From: Callorhinchus milii
Taxonomy: Eukaryota
Direction of reading: 5' to 3'
Assembly (NCBI RefSeq): GCF_018977255.1
Contig: NW_024704743.1
Coordinates: 16,866,001-16,930,000 of the forward strand
Length of the DNA: 64,000 nucleotides
This document shows, piece after piece, positions 51,032 through 63,613 of the stretch. Made by a program: the position numbers and the translations under genes. The notes under the pieces are model-generated. The model was not told the origin of the DNA. It worked only from the letters and a program-made list of their open reading frames with translations, and ran no database searches. Position 1 is the stretch's first letter. Each line of letters starts with the position of its first letter.

Positions 51032-52693
51032 CAGGGGTGGGCAATTATTTTGGCTGGCAGACCACTTCACGAGTTTTGGTAAGCTTCCCAGCCACACACT
51101 TAATATAGATGCAAATGCTTAATATTAGTTCAAAATCAAGTCTTACACTTGTACATGCATAAAATAAAGTCTATACAATTGACATTCATTAAAATTAGGT
51201 CAAATAAAAACAACTCATTGAGCAGACATTTATTCGATATTTATTCATTTATTCACATATTGATGAGAATGTGAGAAGCTCACTCAATGAAAGCGCTGAT
51301 GTGCGTTAACCAGACAATTGAAGTCAGGCATTGTCTCCATTGTTGCAATGCGGAGAACTGCTGCAAGGTGGTCATCGGTCATCACAGATCTATGTTTTGA
51401 TTTATTAAATTTCATCACAAAAAATATCTCCTCGCATATGTATGTTGATCCAAACAGCACAAGCATCCACCGGACATGAGCCTTTATTTTTGGAAAGGTA
51501 TATTCATTAAGAGAGGCATACAAACTGGGAACGGCACTGATTTGAATTGCTCCGCAAGCAAGGGATCACATTGCAGGTCAATAAGCTTGAGTTGGAGGTC
51601 AAATGGGGCTTTGTCAACATCAAGTGAGAAAGGTGAAGAGACAGGTCATTTATGATCAAATTGAAATCTTGGAATCTTTTTCCACTCCACTCCTAATTTT
51701 AACATACACTTATTTACTGCCTCCAAAAAGCCTTCTCCAGTCATCATATCTTTCATTGACTGCATTGCTGCCAATTCTTCTGTGAGCTCAAAATGTTTGG
51801 TGATACCTCGAATAAAAATTATCAACTGGGCTGTGTCTTTGATATCACAACTCTCATCAAGTGCCAGTGAAAAACATGGAAAATTGCTTACTTTATTTTG
51901 TAACTGCAGATACAGGTTCTCAGAGATATCCTCGACACGTCTCACAATAGTTCGCCTTGACAAGCTAATGTTCTCAAACTGTTTTTTCTTATCTGACCAT
52001 AAAATCGAGGCAGGGTCAACCATAATTTCCTTTATAAATTCTCCTTCAGAGAATGGTTTGCTGTTCTTGGCGAGTTTGTGTGCAATCACGTAACTCACTC
52101 TTGGAATCTCATCCTGGGAATCAAATTGTTTTGTGAAAATGCTTTGCTCTTCTTGCATTTGAACAACCATCTCATCAACTTTCTTTCCTTTTTCTTCGGC
52201 AGAAACGTTCTTATATTTGCGAGCATGTTTGCTCTCAAAATGTCGATTCAAGTTGTATTCTTTGAGCACTGCCACACTTTCTTTGCAAATTACGCACACA
52301 GCTTTTCCACCCACACTGGTAAAAAAATATTTAGAAGTCCATTCTTTGTTGAATATTCGGCCTTCAGCGTCCACTTTCCACTTCTTTGATAAACTCATTT
52401 TAAATTAACGTCCTCTTCAGTGAAAAGTATTGCCGTGATTGCTGCTCACGTGTTTGAAAATTTGCCGATCTGTACATTTCTGACGTCAGCCTGATTCAAC
52501 ACTTAAGGGAGCCTGCGCACAACTAAACAGTGTGATTGGCTAATGTTCCCAGTCTGGTTCAAATGCAAAATTTGTGGGACTTTCTGGGACTGAATGACCT
52601 ATAATTTTTTCTATTGCTCGACACAATGACTGACCTGATAGAATCATTTAGCGGGCCGGTTATGGCCCACAGTCCGTATTTTGCCCACCCCTG
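51032..52693 (-). mobile_element. hAT (Buster/Charlie, GTF2IRD2-like) DNA transposon, internally deleted
   Basis: Perfect 13-bp TIRs CAGGGGTGGGCAA / TTGCCCACCCCTG. 8-bp TSD CTCTATCC / CTCTATCT with central TA. Transposase on the minus strand. Confidence 0.93.
51284..52398 (-). pseudogene. truncated Buster-type transposase
   Basis: ORF 52398-51646 has a BED-like zinc finger (CVIC...NLNRHFESKH), KPFSEGEFIKE, LSRRTIVRR and FSLALDESCDIKDTAQL. After a deletion at about 51676 come QLKLIDLQCD and LFGSTYICEEIF...KSKHRSVMTDDHL. Confidence 0.9.
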
Positions 52694-54843
52694 CTCTATC
52701 TGTCCTTCCTCCCCGACAACCGGTCCCTGACCAGGACTGCCTTCCTATACCACTGCCACATTGCCTGCCTCCAACTGTACCTGATCCCAAATGCCGAAAC
52801 CCTCACCAGTTGTGGTCAGTCTCCGCTGGCTCCCCATCACTGAACCGATCGACTTCAGGATCCTCACACTCGTGTCCAAATCCTTTCACTCCCCGGCACC
52901 TCCCCACCTCTTTGACCTCATCACTCCCCAATCCACCACCCGGAGCCTTCGCTTGACTGGCACCGGCCTCCTGCCCATCCCTCGCACCCTCTGCTCCACC
53001 ATTGGAGGTCGTGCTTTCAGCCACTATGCCCCAAAACTGTGGAACACTCTCCCTCAATCCCTCCGCCTTGCCCCCTCTCCTTATCTCCAAGTCCCACCTG
53101 AAAACTTTCCTTTTCGACCGTGCTTAGGGTCACCTCAACCATCCCCCCCTCCCCCCGCTTCCCCCCACCCGGCTCGGAGTCAGGCTCCGCCACTGTTAAG
53201 CAATCTGAGACGCTACCCTTCATGGAGGGCTCTATATAAGTGCAAGTTATTGTTGTTACAGAGACTTATTATAGTTGCTATGTTAGATGTACCACCCTTC
53301 TATGTTTCTGGGCTTGTCTGTGTGCACTAGTTCTGCATGTTATTTACTGCAGAACAGGCAGTTGCAAGCGGCATAGTGGCCGGCACCTTAACTTAGTGTA
53401 ACTACATCTGTGAACAATGAGAACCAACACTCTCATTAAAGTAAGTAATGTGCTTCTATTGTGGAAAAATAATCGAAATTTGCAAATGGCATCCTCTTGT
53501 GGCAACCTGTAGGCAAAATATTTTATATTATTTTTAATTGTCTCAATCCATCTGAACATTCTCTAAATAATACACTCAGTAGATGAATTAGTTTGGCTTC
53601 ATAATAATGATAATAGTATTTCATTGAGTTTTGCTTATAATGGCATCCTGACATTGCTGCAGATTGTGTTATGCAATGCATAATCAGAAGGTGTTTCGTA
53701 CTTCATCAGATACTTCAATAGTGCCAGTGGATAGCTATACAAATAAAAAGGCATAAAAGGCGTAAGTAAAACTGGTCTCCGATGCGCTTTGCAAGTTGTG
53801 GATCAGATTGGTAAATGCAGGATGTCATTGTTTGGGAGAACAAGGCGTACTATATCTCCAGCAAGTAACTCCTTTGCAGTCAAGTTTTGAAGAGCTGAAG
53901 AGATGCGGAAAGATTTCAGCACCATCCAAGCAGCTGTATTCATTAACTGAAACGAAAGTCACTTTACCCTGATAGAGATTAGTGTCTGTGTTTGGAATTC
54001 TGAAACAAAGCTGTGTCTGTGTAAAGCAAGGCTGCAGCTACAGTGAGGCTCTTTGTGATTAGGTAACCAACCCGTGCATCACGCTATACCACTTGGCCAG
54101 GGAACAGTCATGTGTCTGCAGGGTTTCTAATTGGTAACTAACCTAGAAAAAGGAAAAAGTTGTGTTGCTACCATCTTGTTTTCTATAGGTTTCAATATCA
54201 CTTCTGTTCACAGGAGACTTATGTTGTTGGATGAAGTCCAAATGTGTGATGTGTGATTAAAACAGGAGAGAGAAAAGTAACTGAACCTTTTTGTTTTGAA
54301 TCTTATCAAATCCTCTTTAGGCTGAAACCCCAGTAGGTTCTGTAAGTCTGAGTGTAGCAGAATGAGACCACCTAGTCGTTCCTGCAGAAGCACACAATTG
54401 AGGTTGGACTCTCACTGTGGCAAAATAAAGGAAAACAAATGTCACATCTGAAAAACAGTCAAAGAGCAAAGAGGAGGGAACATGCCAAGATTATCTACAT
54501 ATTGCATTCTGCTCAGCAACATGCAGATTCTGACTTTTAACCATTTACGTTTCTTTCTCGGAAGCTGTCATTTACACGAAAGGGATCAAACTTGCACAGA
54601 ACACAGGTCTGACCCCACTTGGTGCACTGTGCATAATTCTAATTATTATATTACAGTAAGCAATGAGGCATTCGTCTTCTCATTGAAGAGGGTGCAGGTT
54701 ACGTTAATAGCTGGAATTAAGCCCCCAATAAAATTGGTAATTCACTTCATGGCTGTCTGTGGGACCCTGCAATGTGCAAATTGGCTGCCGCATTCGCCCA
54801 CAAGATGCACAATCAGTAAACTTTGCATTAAATCTTGTGAGAC

Positions 54844-57210
54844 AACAACAACAACTTGCATTTATATAGCGCCCCTCACACAGAGTAGCGTTCCAAAGTG
54901 CTTGACAGTGGCAGATAACGACGCAAAGCCGGGGGGAGGGGAAAGGGAAGGTGACCAAAGGCACGGTCAAATAGGAAGGTCTTCATGCATGATCTGAAGA
55001 TGGGGAAGGAAGGGACAAGGTGGACTGATAGAAGAAGTGTTGCAGAGTTTTGGGGTGAAGTGGTTGAAAATGCAGCCATCAATGGTGGAACGGAGGGCAC
55101 GAGGAACATGCAGAAGGCAGTCAAGCGGAGGCAGCAGATTGTGGGTTAGGGGGAAAGCAGTCAAAGAGGGAGGAAGGTGCCAAGGGATGAAGGGATTTGA
55201 AAACGAGTGTGAGGATCTTGAAATTGATCTGTTCAGCGATAGGGAGCCAGTGGAGCCTGACTAGAATTGGTATGATAGGGGTACAGAGTTTAGTACCAGT
55301 GAATATGCGGGGGGCGGGGTTTTGGATCAGCTGGATCCTGTGCATGGTGGAGCTGGGGAGACTGGCGAAGAGGACTTTTGAGAAGTCAAGTCAGGAGGTG
55401 ACGAACGCATGGATGAGTGTTTCGGCTGGGTCTGGGGTAAGGTACGATTAGAGGCGGGCAATGTGGCAGTGGTGGAGGAAGGCGGTTCTGGCAGGGAACA
55501 GATGTGGGGAAGGAAGGGCAGTTGTGGGTTGTTCCTGATGCCTTGGTTGTGCACTGGTTTGGTAAGTCAGAGGGGTAAGCTAGTGAGGTTGAGGAGGTCA
55601 GAGCCACAGGACAGAAGACGTTGACGGGATCCCATGAGTATGGTTTCTGCCTTGTCAATATTCAGTTGTAGAACGTTTTTGCTCATCCAGGCCCTAATGT
55701 CTGCCAGACAAGCCGAGAGAACATCAGTGGACCTGGAGAAATGGAGGAAGAGAAGTAGATTTGTATGTTATCTGCATACATGTGGAAGTTTACCCCATGT
55801 CTGCGGATGACATTGCCAATAGGGAGCATGTAGATGAGGAAGAGGAGGGGACAGGGATGGAGCCCTGGGGTACACCACAGTTGACCAGTTGGGGGTGGGA
55901 GAAGAAACTGTATAGGAGATAAAATGAAGGCGGTTTGTTAGGTAGGACTCAAACCAGTACGGTGCCACTGAGGTGGATGAGGGAGGAGACGCAGTGGATA
56001 AGGATGGCGTGGTAGACTATGTCGAATATGGTGGAGAGGTTCAGGAAGTCAAGGAGATAGAGGGAACCCTGGTCACAGAGAGTGGATGTCATTTGTGATT
56101 TTGACAAGTGCTGTCTCTGTGGTATGGGCAGGATGGAAACCTGACTGGAGGGGCTCGAAGAGGGAGTGGAGAGAGAGGTGAGAGCAAGGCTGGTTATCGA
56201 CAACTCATTCCAGAGCTTTGGCAAGGAAGGGCAGGTTGGAAATGGGTCAGTAATTTGTGGAGTTGGAGGGGTCAAGGGTGGGTTTCTTGAGTAGTGGAGT
56301 GATTACAGCGGTTTTAAAGGGGAGAGGAATAGAACCAGAGGAGAGTGACTGGTTGATTGTGTCGGCCAGCAGCAGAGAGAGAAAGAGGAGTTGGGTGACC
56401 AGCAGCTGGGTGGGGAAGGAGTCGAGGCAGGAGGTGGTGGGGTTCATCTGGGTGGTTGAGAGGAAGGAGAGAGTAATCGGGGCAAAGGAGTGTAGGGAGG
56501 GGGAGTGGTAGGGGCTGTGGTGGAAGGAGCAGGTGGTGTAGACTATCTGGAGGGTACAGAAGGGGACGCAGTGCAGCCGAGCAGATATTTTTGATCTTCG
56601 ACATGAAGAAGTCCAGGACCTCACTTGGCGTTAAAGGAGGCAGCTTGGCGGGGGGGTTGCATGGAGGAGGTGATGGATGGTGGAGAACAGTGCCTTTGGG
56701 TTGTTTTTGGCCTCCAAAATTATTTTGGAGTAAAAGGCAGTTTGGGCCTGTGGGAGGGAGAGTCGGTAGTTGCGGAGATCCTCAATCCACAGCTAGAGGT
56801 GGATTGTGAGGTCGGATTTGATGCCCTCGAGCATCCAGATTTTAGTTTTGAGGGAGCGGAGGTGACTGTTATACCACGGGGAAATGGGTAGATTTGGAGA
56901 TAGACCTGGATTTCAGGGGGCAAGGGAGTTGAGGGTTGCAGAGAGACTTGATAGCTGCATCAGGATCACTGTGGGTGGAAGTCCAGAGGAAGAAGAGATC
57001 CGAGGAAGAGTTTGTGAAGGACTCAGTGGGGGGTGGGGGGGAACTTTTTCTTAGGTCGGAAAAAGATGTTTGAGCGCTTGGAAGACGGGAGTGGGATGCG
57101 GGAGGAGAGGGAGATGAGGAAATTGTGCGAGATGGGTAGGTCGAAGATGTGAGTGATAACGACAGTGAGGGATAGCCGCGATTGTGGGTCGGCGAGTTTA
57201 TGTGGAACAT
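54844..57210 (-). mobile_element. L2 LINE (endonuclease C-terminus, linker, RT, 3' tail) inserted into a SINE
   Basis: HINSPTHNRG, PWYNSHLRSLK, FKTAVITPLLKKPTLDPSNSTNY, LHWLPIAEQINFKILTLVFKSLH and a (CAA)n tail at 54844. Confidence 0.92.
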
Positions 57211-57273
57211 AAACATCCTCCGGATGTGAAAGGCTCCGTATCAAATGTAAGGATAATTATTCCTGTGTTTTAG

Positions 57274-57457
57274 ATCAGAGAAGACACTCTGATTGGTGAA
57301 CCGTTCAAAGCGCCACCTACTGTGGAGCCTCTCGCTGTGGAGATTGAGGGCCCCTCAGGACAGCTGGAATCAATGCTGCAGGAGGTGCTGCCATCAGGCA
57401 CATCAGGAGAGAGCCCTTATTCTGGGCACCTGGAGTTTGGAGTGGAAGGAGAAAAAG
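57274..57457 (+). CDS. col15a1: collagen XV alpha-1 exon (acidic linker into first collagenous segment)
   Basis: cctgtgttttag|ATC...AAA G|gtactg, 184 bp, phase 0/1. Encodes IREDTLIGEPFKAPPTVEPLAVEIEGPSGQLESMLQEVLPSGTSGESPYSGHLEFGVEGEK-G. Phases fit both neighbouring exons. Confidence 0.85.
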
Positions 57458-59493
57458 GTACTGTTGTTCTTTATTATGCAGAATTTAAAGGAGTGTTTTG
57501 TATATTTTATGTGTGTTTGTTCCTTTTAAATGCATTTTTACTCCTTCGCCAATCCCTTTAGGGTACTGTTTGATTTTAATTCTCTCTTTAAGCAATCAGG
57601 GAATTAGTCCCACAAGATACAGTGAAATTCGCATAAGTCCGATCTGTATAAATCCTGTAATCGCCTAAATCGTGCATCTGCCCAAGTCCCGTTCAAGAGT
57701 TTATGTTCTAAGTTTGACATAACTCATACTTTGCAGAAGTCACATTAAAGGCATGGTCCCAATTGATACAACTTATGTGACGGTTACTGTAGTTGGTCCT
57801 ATATGCTTGACAGCCTGCCTCCACCGTCAGGTGGAAGTAACTTGGGATGATGTTGAGTCATTCACTCTGAGTTTAGGTTAGGAAGATGAGGACTGTAGAA
57901 TCATGTTCAATTTTAAAAGGGACTTAGATAAACATCTGGGAATGATAAAAAAAAGATGAAAGGGAATGGGAAATAGGTCGGGACGCAGCAGGTAGTTCTT
58001 CAGTGAAACGGCACAGGCAAAATTGTCCGAATAGCCATCCCACCCTCTGTGTTGAAACATTCTAAGTTTATAGGAGCCCATTGAAACCATCGAGCCTACT
58101 CCTCCAGCTTATTAGATAATGGCAGAGTTTTCAACTTCATCTGCCCAACTTTTCTGCATACTCCTTAATGGCTCTCTTCTCAGGTATCTTTCTGACTCTC
58201 TTTCACTTACAAAATGCACAGTCACTTACAGAAATGTTGTGAGGCATGTTAAAAGGTTCCTGGCATTATAGGCACCATATAAAATGCAAAAAATATTATT
58301 ATTACAAGCATCCCATCTGATTCTGCCTCTAGTGTCGCCTGGGACAATGGATTCCACAAAAGAGCACAGTTCAAAAGAACAACATTTTGTTGTCTTCAGA
58401 TGAGACATCGAAACAATGTCCTGACTGCCTGTTCAAATGGACTTTAAAGATATTTTGACATGATGGCAGAACGGAAGGGAGTTTCTTCTTGCATCTCGAT
58501 CATTCTCGATCGCCCAGTTTGTTCATTTACAAAATGAACGTTCAAGGGACCTTGCTGTGCGCAAACTGGCTGTTGCAATCATTGGGACATTGATTAATTT
58601 GTTGTTGCTGCATTTGCCTGCAAAAACTTGTAAAATTAAACTAAATTTGACAGAAATTGCCTGTAAAGCACTTCGAGACGTTTTAACATTATAGGCACCA
58701 TATCAATGCAAAGATTATTAGTATTCTTTATTACATGTTAGGCTAAAGGAAAAATAAATAGCTATCGGGATCAAATTTGGGCAATATTTCTTAACTCAAT
58801 TTCTCAATGAAGGGAATTCCATGACACTGATTTGCAGGAAGACTGTTCCAATCAGCCTGTTTTTGGAGTGGGATTCCCTTGAGTTGAAGTGACCTGCTTG
58901 ATGTGCTTCCAAATACTGGAAGAAATCCCCAATTGGATTTGTTAATGAATCTTGTTCAGAAACAGAGCAAAATTACCCTAATGACTGTGGAGAGCAAAAT
59001 GTTGCCTTTCAGGCTCCAGCAACGGAATCAATTATAAAACAATGTCTGTAGCCTCTTCCATCTGCCTCTGGTCAATTGTTCACCATTGCAGCCCTCATCT
59101 CCAGCTGTGGCACGTGTGGTGTTTACAATACTACTTTTAAAAAGCTCTTAATTATTGTCTGATGTTTCTAAGCTCTCTATGGTCAACATGCACCAGCTGT
59201 AGGTAAGGGAGTGCAGACAGGCCTTCTCTCAGCCTTCCACTGATGCTGTTCTGTAAGCAGATGCTTATTCCTGTCCTCTGACCTCCACCCTCACCCCACT
59301 AGCAAAGGGCGCATGTGTGAATGTTGGTTTGGTATGGTAAAGAGACACTGTAATAGAGAATTGAAAAACTCTTGAGAGGATGGTGAAACCAGTTTTAATT
59401 ATCCCAATCTTTTAGCATTTACACCACTTAACAGCATTAGTCCTTGGTGTTTCAAGTTTTGATGCTAATGTATTGAATTGGACCTGTGTGTAG

Positions 59494-59597
59494 GGGCTCC
59501 TGGACAAAAAGGTGAGACTGGTGATCTGGGACCACCAGGACCTAAAGGAGAAATCGAATCCGGAAGTGGCAACTTACAGACCGAGATAGGAGAAAAG
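59494..59597 (+). CDS. col15a1: collagen XV alpha-1 exon (Gly-X-Y with interruption)
   Basis: gtgtgtag|...AAG|gtaaat, 104 bp, phase 1/0. Encodes (G)APGQKGETGDLGPPGPKGEIESGSGNLQTEIGEK. Confidence 0.92.
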
Positions 59598-59989
59598 GTA
59601 AATTCTTAACCAGGTTACTGACAGAACTGTTCTCCAGGTCCCTGAATGGGAACCACAGCAGACCTAATTTCCTGACTTTTCAAATTGGTTTTGAACAGAG
59701 ATTATATCTGTAGTCAAAATAAAATTAAGCTTCAGGGAACAAAGGTCCGTCAAGATTATTAGTCAGTTGACGGCAAAGAGCCCTCAATTTCAAGCCATGC
59801 TTTTGAAACATTTTCAGAATCCATGTGATAGCTCGCGCATATCTCATTATCTTTTTATAAATGTGTCAATAAGTGGCAGAACTGCTCGTTTGTATTTACT
59901 GTAAATTTCTTACGACTTCAAAAATGTAAATGTAGTTCGGTGATATTTCACCTGCAAAGTCACTTGTATCTGTGCAGTGATAATGGAGG

Positions 59990-60417
59990 ACTAGAAATGA
60001 GCCCGAGGAGAATAACAAAAAATGATCTCTGCTGTTAGAGGGATGAGTTATGAGGAACGATTAAATAAATGTTGAGAAGGTGTCTCAGAGGGAACCTTAT
60101 TGAAGTGTATAAGATCCTAAAAAGAACTGCTAAAGTAAACCCAGAACAATTCTTGCAGATATGCCAAAACAGCAGGACAAGAGATACCAGATACAGGTTT
60201 GTAAAGGGCTATTTCAGGGCAGACACAAGGAAGTACTTTTTTTTACACAGAGAGTAATTAATAGATGCAATGCGTCACAGAGAAGGGTGGTTGAGGTCAG
60301 GACATTGGACTCATTTGAGAAACAGCCTGATTCTGTGATGGTATGGTGGGTGTTCTGGAAGGATGAGATTAAATGGGCTGAAGGAGCTTATTCAATTGAA
60401 CCAATCTTGTGATCTTG
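59990..60417 (+). mobile_element. CR1 3' fragment
   Basis: LRGNLIEVYKILK...FFTQRVINRCN. Confidence 0.8.
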
Positions 60418-60569
60418 TGAATGGAGATTTGCCTCCCCCTAAAGATGTGTCATTTTCAGAAGCTCCTCACACATTGCTCTTCTTCCCACCTCCTCTCATT
60501 CAATAGCTTAGCAATCTCTCAGCCCTTTCCCCCACTCTCCACAAACAACCAAGATTTTTCTTCTCTTTA

Positions 60570-60850
60570 CCAGCCTTCCTCTGTGCTTCGTGGGCAGGTC
60601 TTCTGCCACTCTGTCCCCACCCTCTGGAAGTCCATCCCGCAGTCCTTCCACCTCGCCCCTTCCATTGCCTCCTTCAAGATCCGTCTTAAGACCCTCCTCT
60701 TCGACCGTGCCTTCGATCACCCTCCTTCCCCCCCCTGCCCTCCATTCTCCCCGATCCCGACCCCCAGCTCAGGTCCAAAACACTGATTGTCCAGCGCCTT
60801 GGGACATCCTCCCGACGTGAAAGGCGAAACACAAATGTAATTTTGTTGTT
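60570..60850 (+). mobile_element. L2 3' fragment
   Basis: PTLWKSIPQSFHLAPSIASFKIRLKTLLFDRAF and tail ttgggacatcctcccgacgtgaaaggcg. Confidence 0.85.
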
Positions 60851-61828
60851 CTTGGTTAAGTGAGGTTGTGCAATTGGTGCTAAATTATGGGATGTTTGTG
60901 TAATGTTATACCGACTTAGAGAAGAGTTAGCCTTATGCTGAGTCATCAACACCACTCATAGAGAAGGAATGTTTATGGCATCAGTCTGAAGCTGATTCAA
61001 ACCCAAACTCCAGACAGAAAAGAGAGACTTCTAACCCACTGTGTCCACAACCGATTCCTGTCTCAGTAACCAGTTGGTTAGGCTAATAGTAAAAATAATG
61101 AAGCCTCGTAGAAAAATGTACGAGAGAGACCTCAGTAAATTCAGGAATATCATTCACTGAACATACAGAGTGTTCACAGAGACAAGTGGAAATACTCATA
61201 TGGCACCAAGCGACCATTTCACTCAAACACACCAGTTGTTAGTGAGATGCCTGACTACATTTCAATGTTTTTCACTACGGTGTGTACAATAAAACACTTC
61301 AAAGGTCAGTAAGATTGTAATAAGATTTACTGTAAAAATACAGCTGGAGGGCTGTTCTGTCATGTCCAAGAGGCAGCTGTTTTGTGTGGACCCGATGAAA
61401 TGCAGAGACATGTAGTGCTGATCAGACAGAAGATGCATCCCCACAATGGGATGCCATAAACTGGTGGCATGGAATTCCATAAGGTCAAATCTAGAATGAA
61501 AGAGTTTGCAACAATTTGCAAGGAAACCTTTAGCACCTACTGCTGGACCTTGCAGAGCAAGCCTTCCGCTGTTGGCTGCTTAACAGTTTCGTAATGTATT
61601 CCTGTGGTGACTCAGGAACCTTATGTTTGATCTACTTTGTCCCCAGCACTCATACACATGCCGGTGCTTGCCTTTAGAGACCTAAACTTCTTGTTTTTAG
61701 CATGCTTGTGAGATGTTATCCTATATGAAGAGCACTTTTAAATGCAAGTTGTTGTTGTTACTGTCGCTACATATAGAGTGCCTGCAGGTGATGATATAAG
61801 GCTAACAATTCTACATTCTCTTCTTCAG

Positions 61829-61855
61829 GGTGAAAAGGGTGACCCAGGAAGTAAG
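61829..61855 (+). CDS. col15a1: collagen XV alpha-1 27-bp Gly-X-Y micro-exon
   Basis: cattctcttcttcag|GGT GAA AAG GGT GAC CCA GGA AGT AAG|gtatgt = GEKGDPGSK, phase 0/0. Confidence 0.9.
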
Positions 61856-62010
61856 GTATGTATTTATACACAACCACATCAGCCCAGGGTAGCAGTTTCG
61901 GACACAGCAGTTGGCTCTATTGCCCGTACGCTAGCAAGGGAAATATAAGCCAGGGTTCCTTCTCCCGATCATTAGCTCATGTCCCCAATGAGTGTGTTTT
62001 GGATGTCAGA

Positions 62011-62327
62011 CTGTGGCTCAGTGGTTAGAGCACTCGCTTTGCAAGTGAGAGACCTGAGTTCAATTCCAGGCAGGGCGAAACCTTGGGCAAGTTTCCTTAC
62101 TCCACACGCCTAATAATAATCCCTCCAAAAAAACAAAACAATAATAAATTGGTCATTTTCAATCCATATGACTGTTTGTGGGACATTGCTGTGTGCAATT
62201 GGCTGCCGCGTTCGCCCACAAATATACAGTCAATTCACTTTACAGTGTGTTCTGTGAAGCGCTTTGGGACGTCCTCCCGACGTGAAAAGCGCTATATCAA
62301 ATGCAAGGATTATTATTATTATTATTA
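62011..62327 (+). mobile_element. tRNA-Ala-like SINE, young short variant
   Basis: Near-identical to 27723-28050. Confidence 0.92.
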
Positions 62328-62974
62328 TAAAGGAGTTTGATGCAAAGTCCCCACACATTTGAGAGAGAGAAATAATTTAATTACATTTTCATAGCACCTT
62401 ACCATGGCTCAATGTCTCCACAGCAACTGTTTATATAGGCAGACATGGCAGTTAGTTGTGCCAGCAAAGTTCCACAAACACCCAGTTCCACAAAATGACT
62501 AATTTTATTTGGGGATTCTTGGCCAGGACACTGTGAGAAAGTCCACTTTCTATTCAAATTGTGTCATGGAGTCTTCATTGTCTGCCAGAACTGATAGTCT
62601 GCACCTTGGTTTAATATCGGATCCATAAGACACCTAACTTGTCAACACTCGCTGTCTGGATTCATGCTGGCAGATTCCAAACTGCAGTTTAGGCTCTTGG
62701 AACCGTACCCCAAAGTGAGTCAGTGATTCAGAAGAAAGAGGAGAAGATTAGAGAGAAATGAGAATGAAGTGGTCAAGATGCAGAAATGGTGACATTCAGC
62801 CTCACGCTGGAGGCTCACAAGAGGCAGGGCGGAAACTGAGTGCAAGCTACTTATTTCAGAAGTGAGAACCAGGGTGGCTGCCACGTGCGTGAGGAGTTTG
62901 AGGAAATCTGTGTCTTATTCTCCACTGCTACCTCAGTACGGTTTCTCTTAAGTCGTTCTGCACTAGAGTCACAT

Positions 62975-63291
62975 TATAATATTATAATAATCCTTGCATT
63001 TGATATAGTGCTTTTTCATGTCTTCTCGACGTCTCAAAGCGCTCCACAGAATAAACTGTAAAGTGAATTGACTGTATATTTGTGGGCAAAACGCAGCAGC
63101 CAATTGTGCACAGTAGTGTCCCACAAACAGTCATGGAATGAGTGACCAATTTATTATTATTTTGTTTTTGGAGGGATTATTATTAGGCGTGTGGAGTAAG
63201 GAAACTTGCCCAAGGTTTCGTCCTGTCGGGAATTGAACCCAGGTGTCTCGCTTGCAAGGCGAGTGCTCTAACCACTGAGCTACAGGACTCC
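62975..63291 (-). mobile_element. tRNA-Ala-like SINE, short variant
   Basis: Reverse complement of the full SINE, lacking the central insert. Confidence 0.9.
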
Positions 63292-63613
63292 ATTGCCAAT
63301 AGTTCTGCCCAAGTTAGTGTTGTTGGGGTTGGAAAAGTGTTTTTCAACAGAATTCACTATTTACAACTACAAATCCTGATGAAAATCTTGCCAGTTACCA
63401 GCAGAATTTGCTTATAGCAACTTTGAGTCCTGATGTAATACCTGACATTTACAATCTTAGAAACTGCATGTCACTCTTGGGGAGTCCTGCCAGTTACCAG
63501 CAGTCAGCAGTCAATTCATGGAATTCCTGCTCGGAAGCACTTGGTATAAATCGTAGTGTACCCAGCCAACTCTGCAAGCAATATTCTAAATATTTGCTCA
63601 CCTTCGGCTTCAG

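Larger units (their letters stand above)
50790..53258 (+). mobile_element. internally deleted L2 element split by the hAT insertion
   Basis: The left part encodes ERRWQKSGLTIHRYLW...AKSDFYSKII...LFSTVHHLL (EN-RT linker). The right part encodes LRWLPI...FRILTLVSKS...APKLWNTLPQSLR, followed by the tail. Confidence 0.8.

Noticed and set aside
51646..52398. Domesticated GTF2IRD2/ZBED-like host gene
   Set aside because: It is bounded by TIRs and a TSD, internally deleted, frameshifted, and inserted in an L2.
53945..53960. ISRE/IRF-like motif aactgaaacgaaagt, and the AP-1 site plus TATA-like motif near 49785
   Set aside because: Short motifs like these are expected by chance in 64 kb and cannot be supported without conservation or chromatin data.
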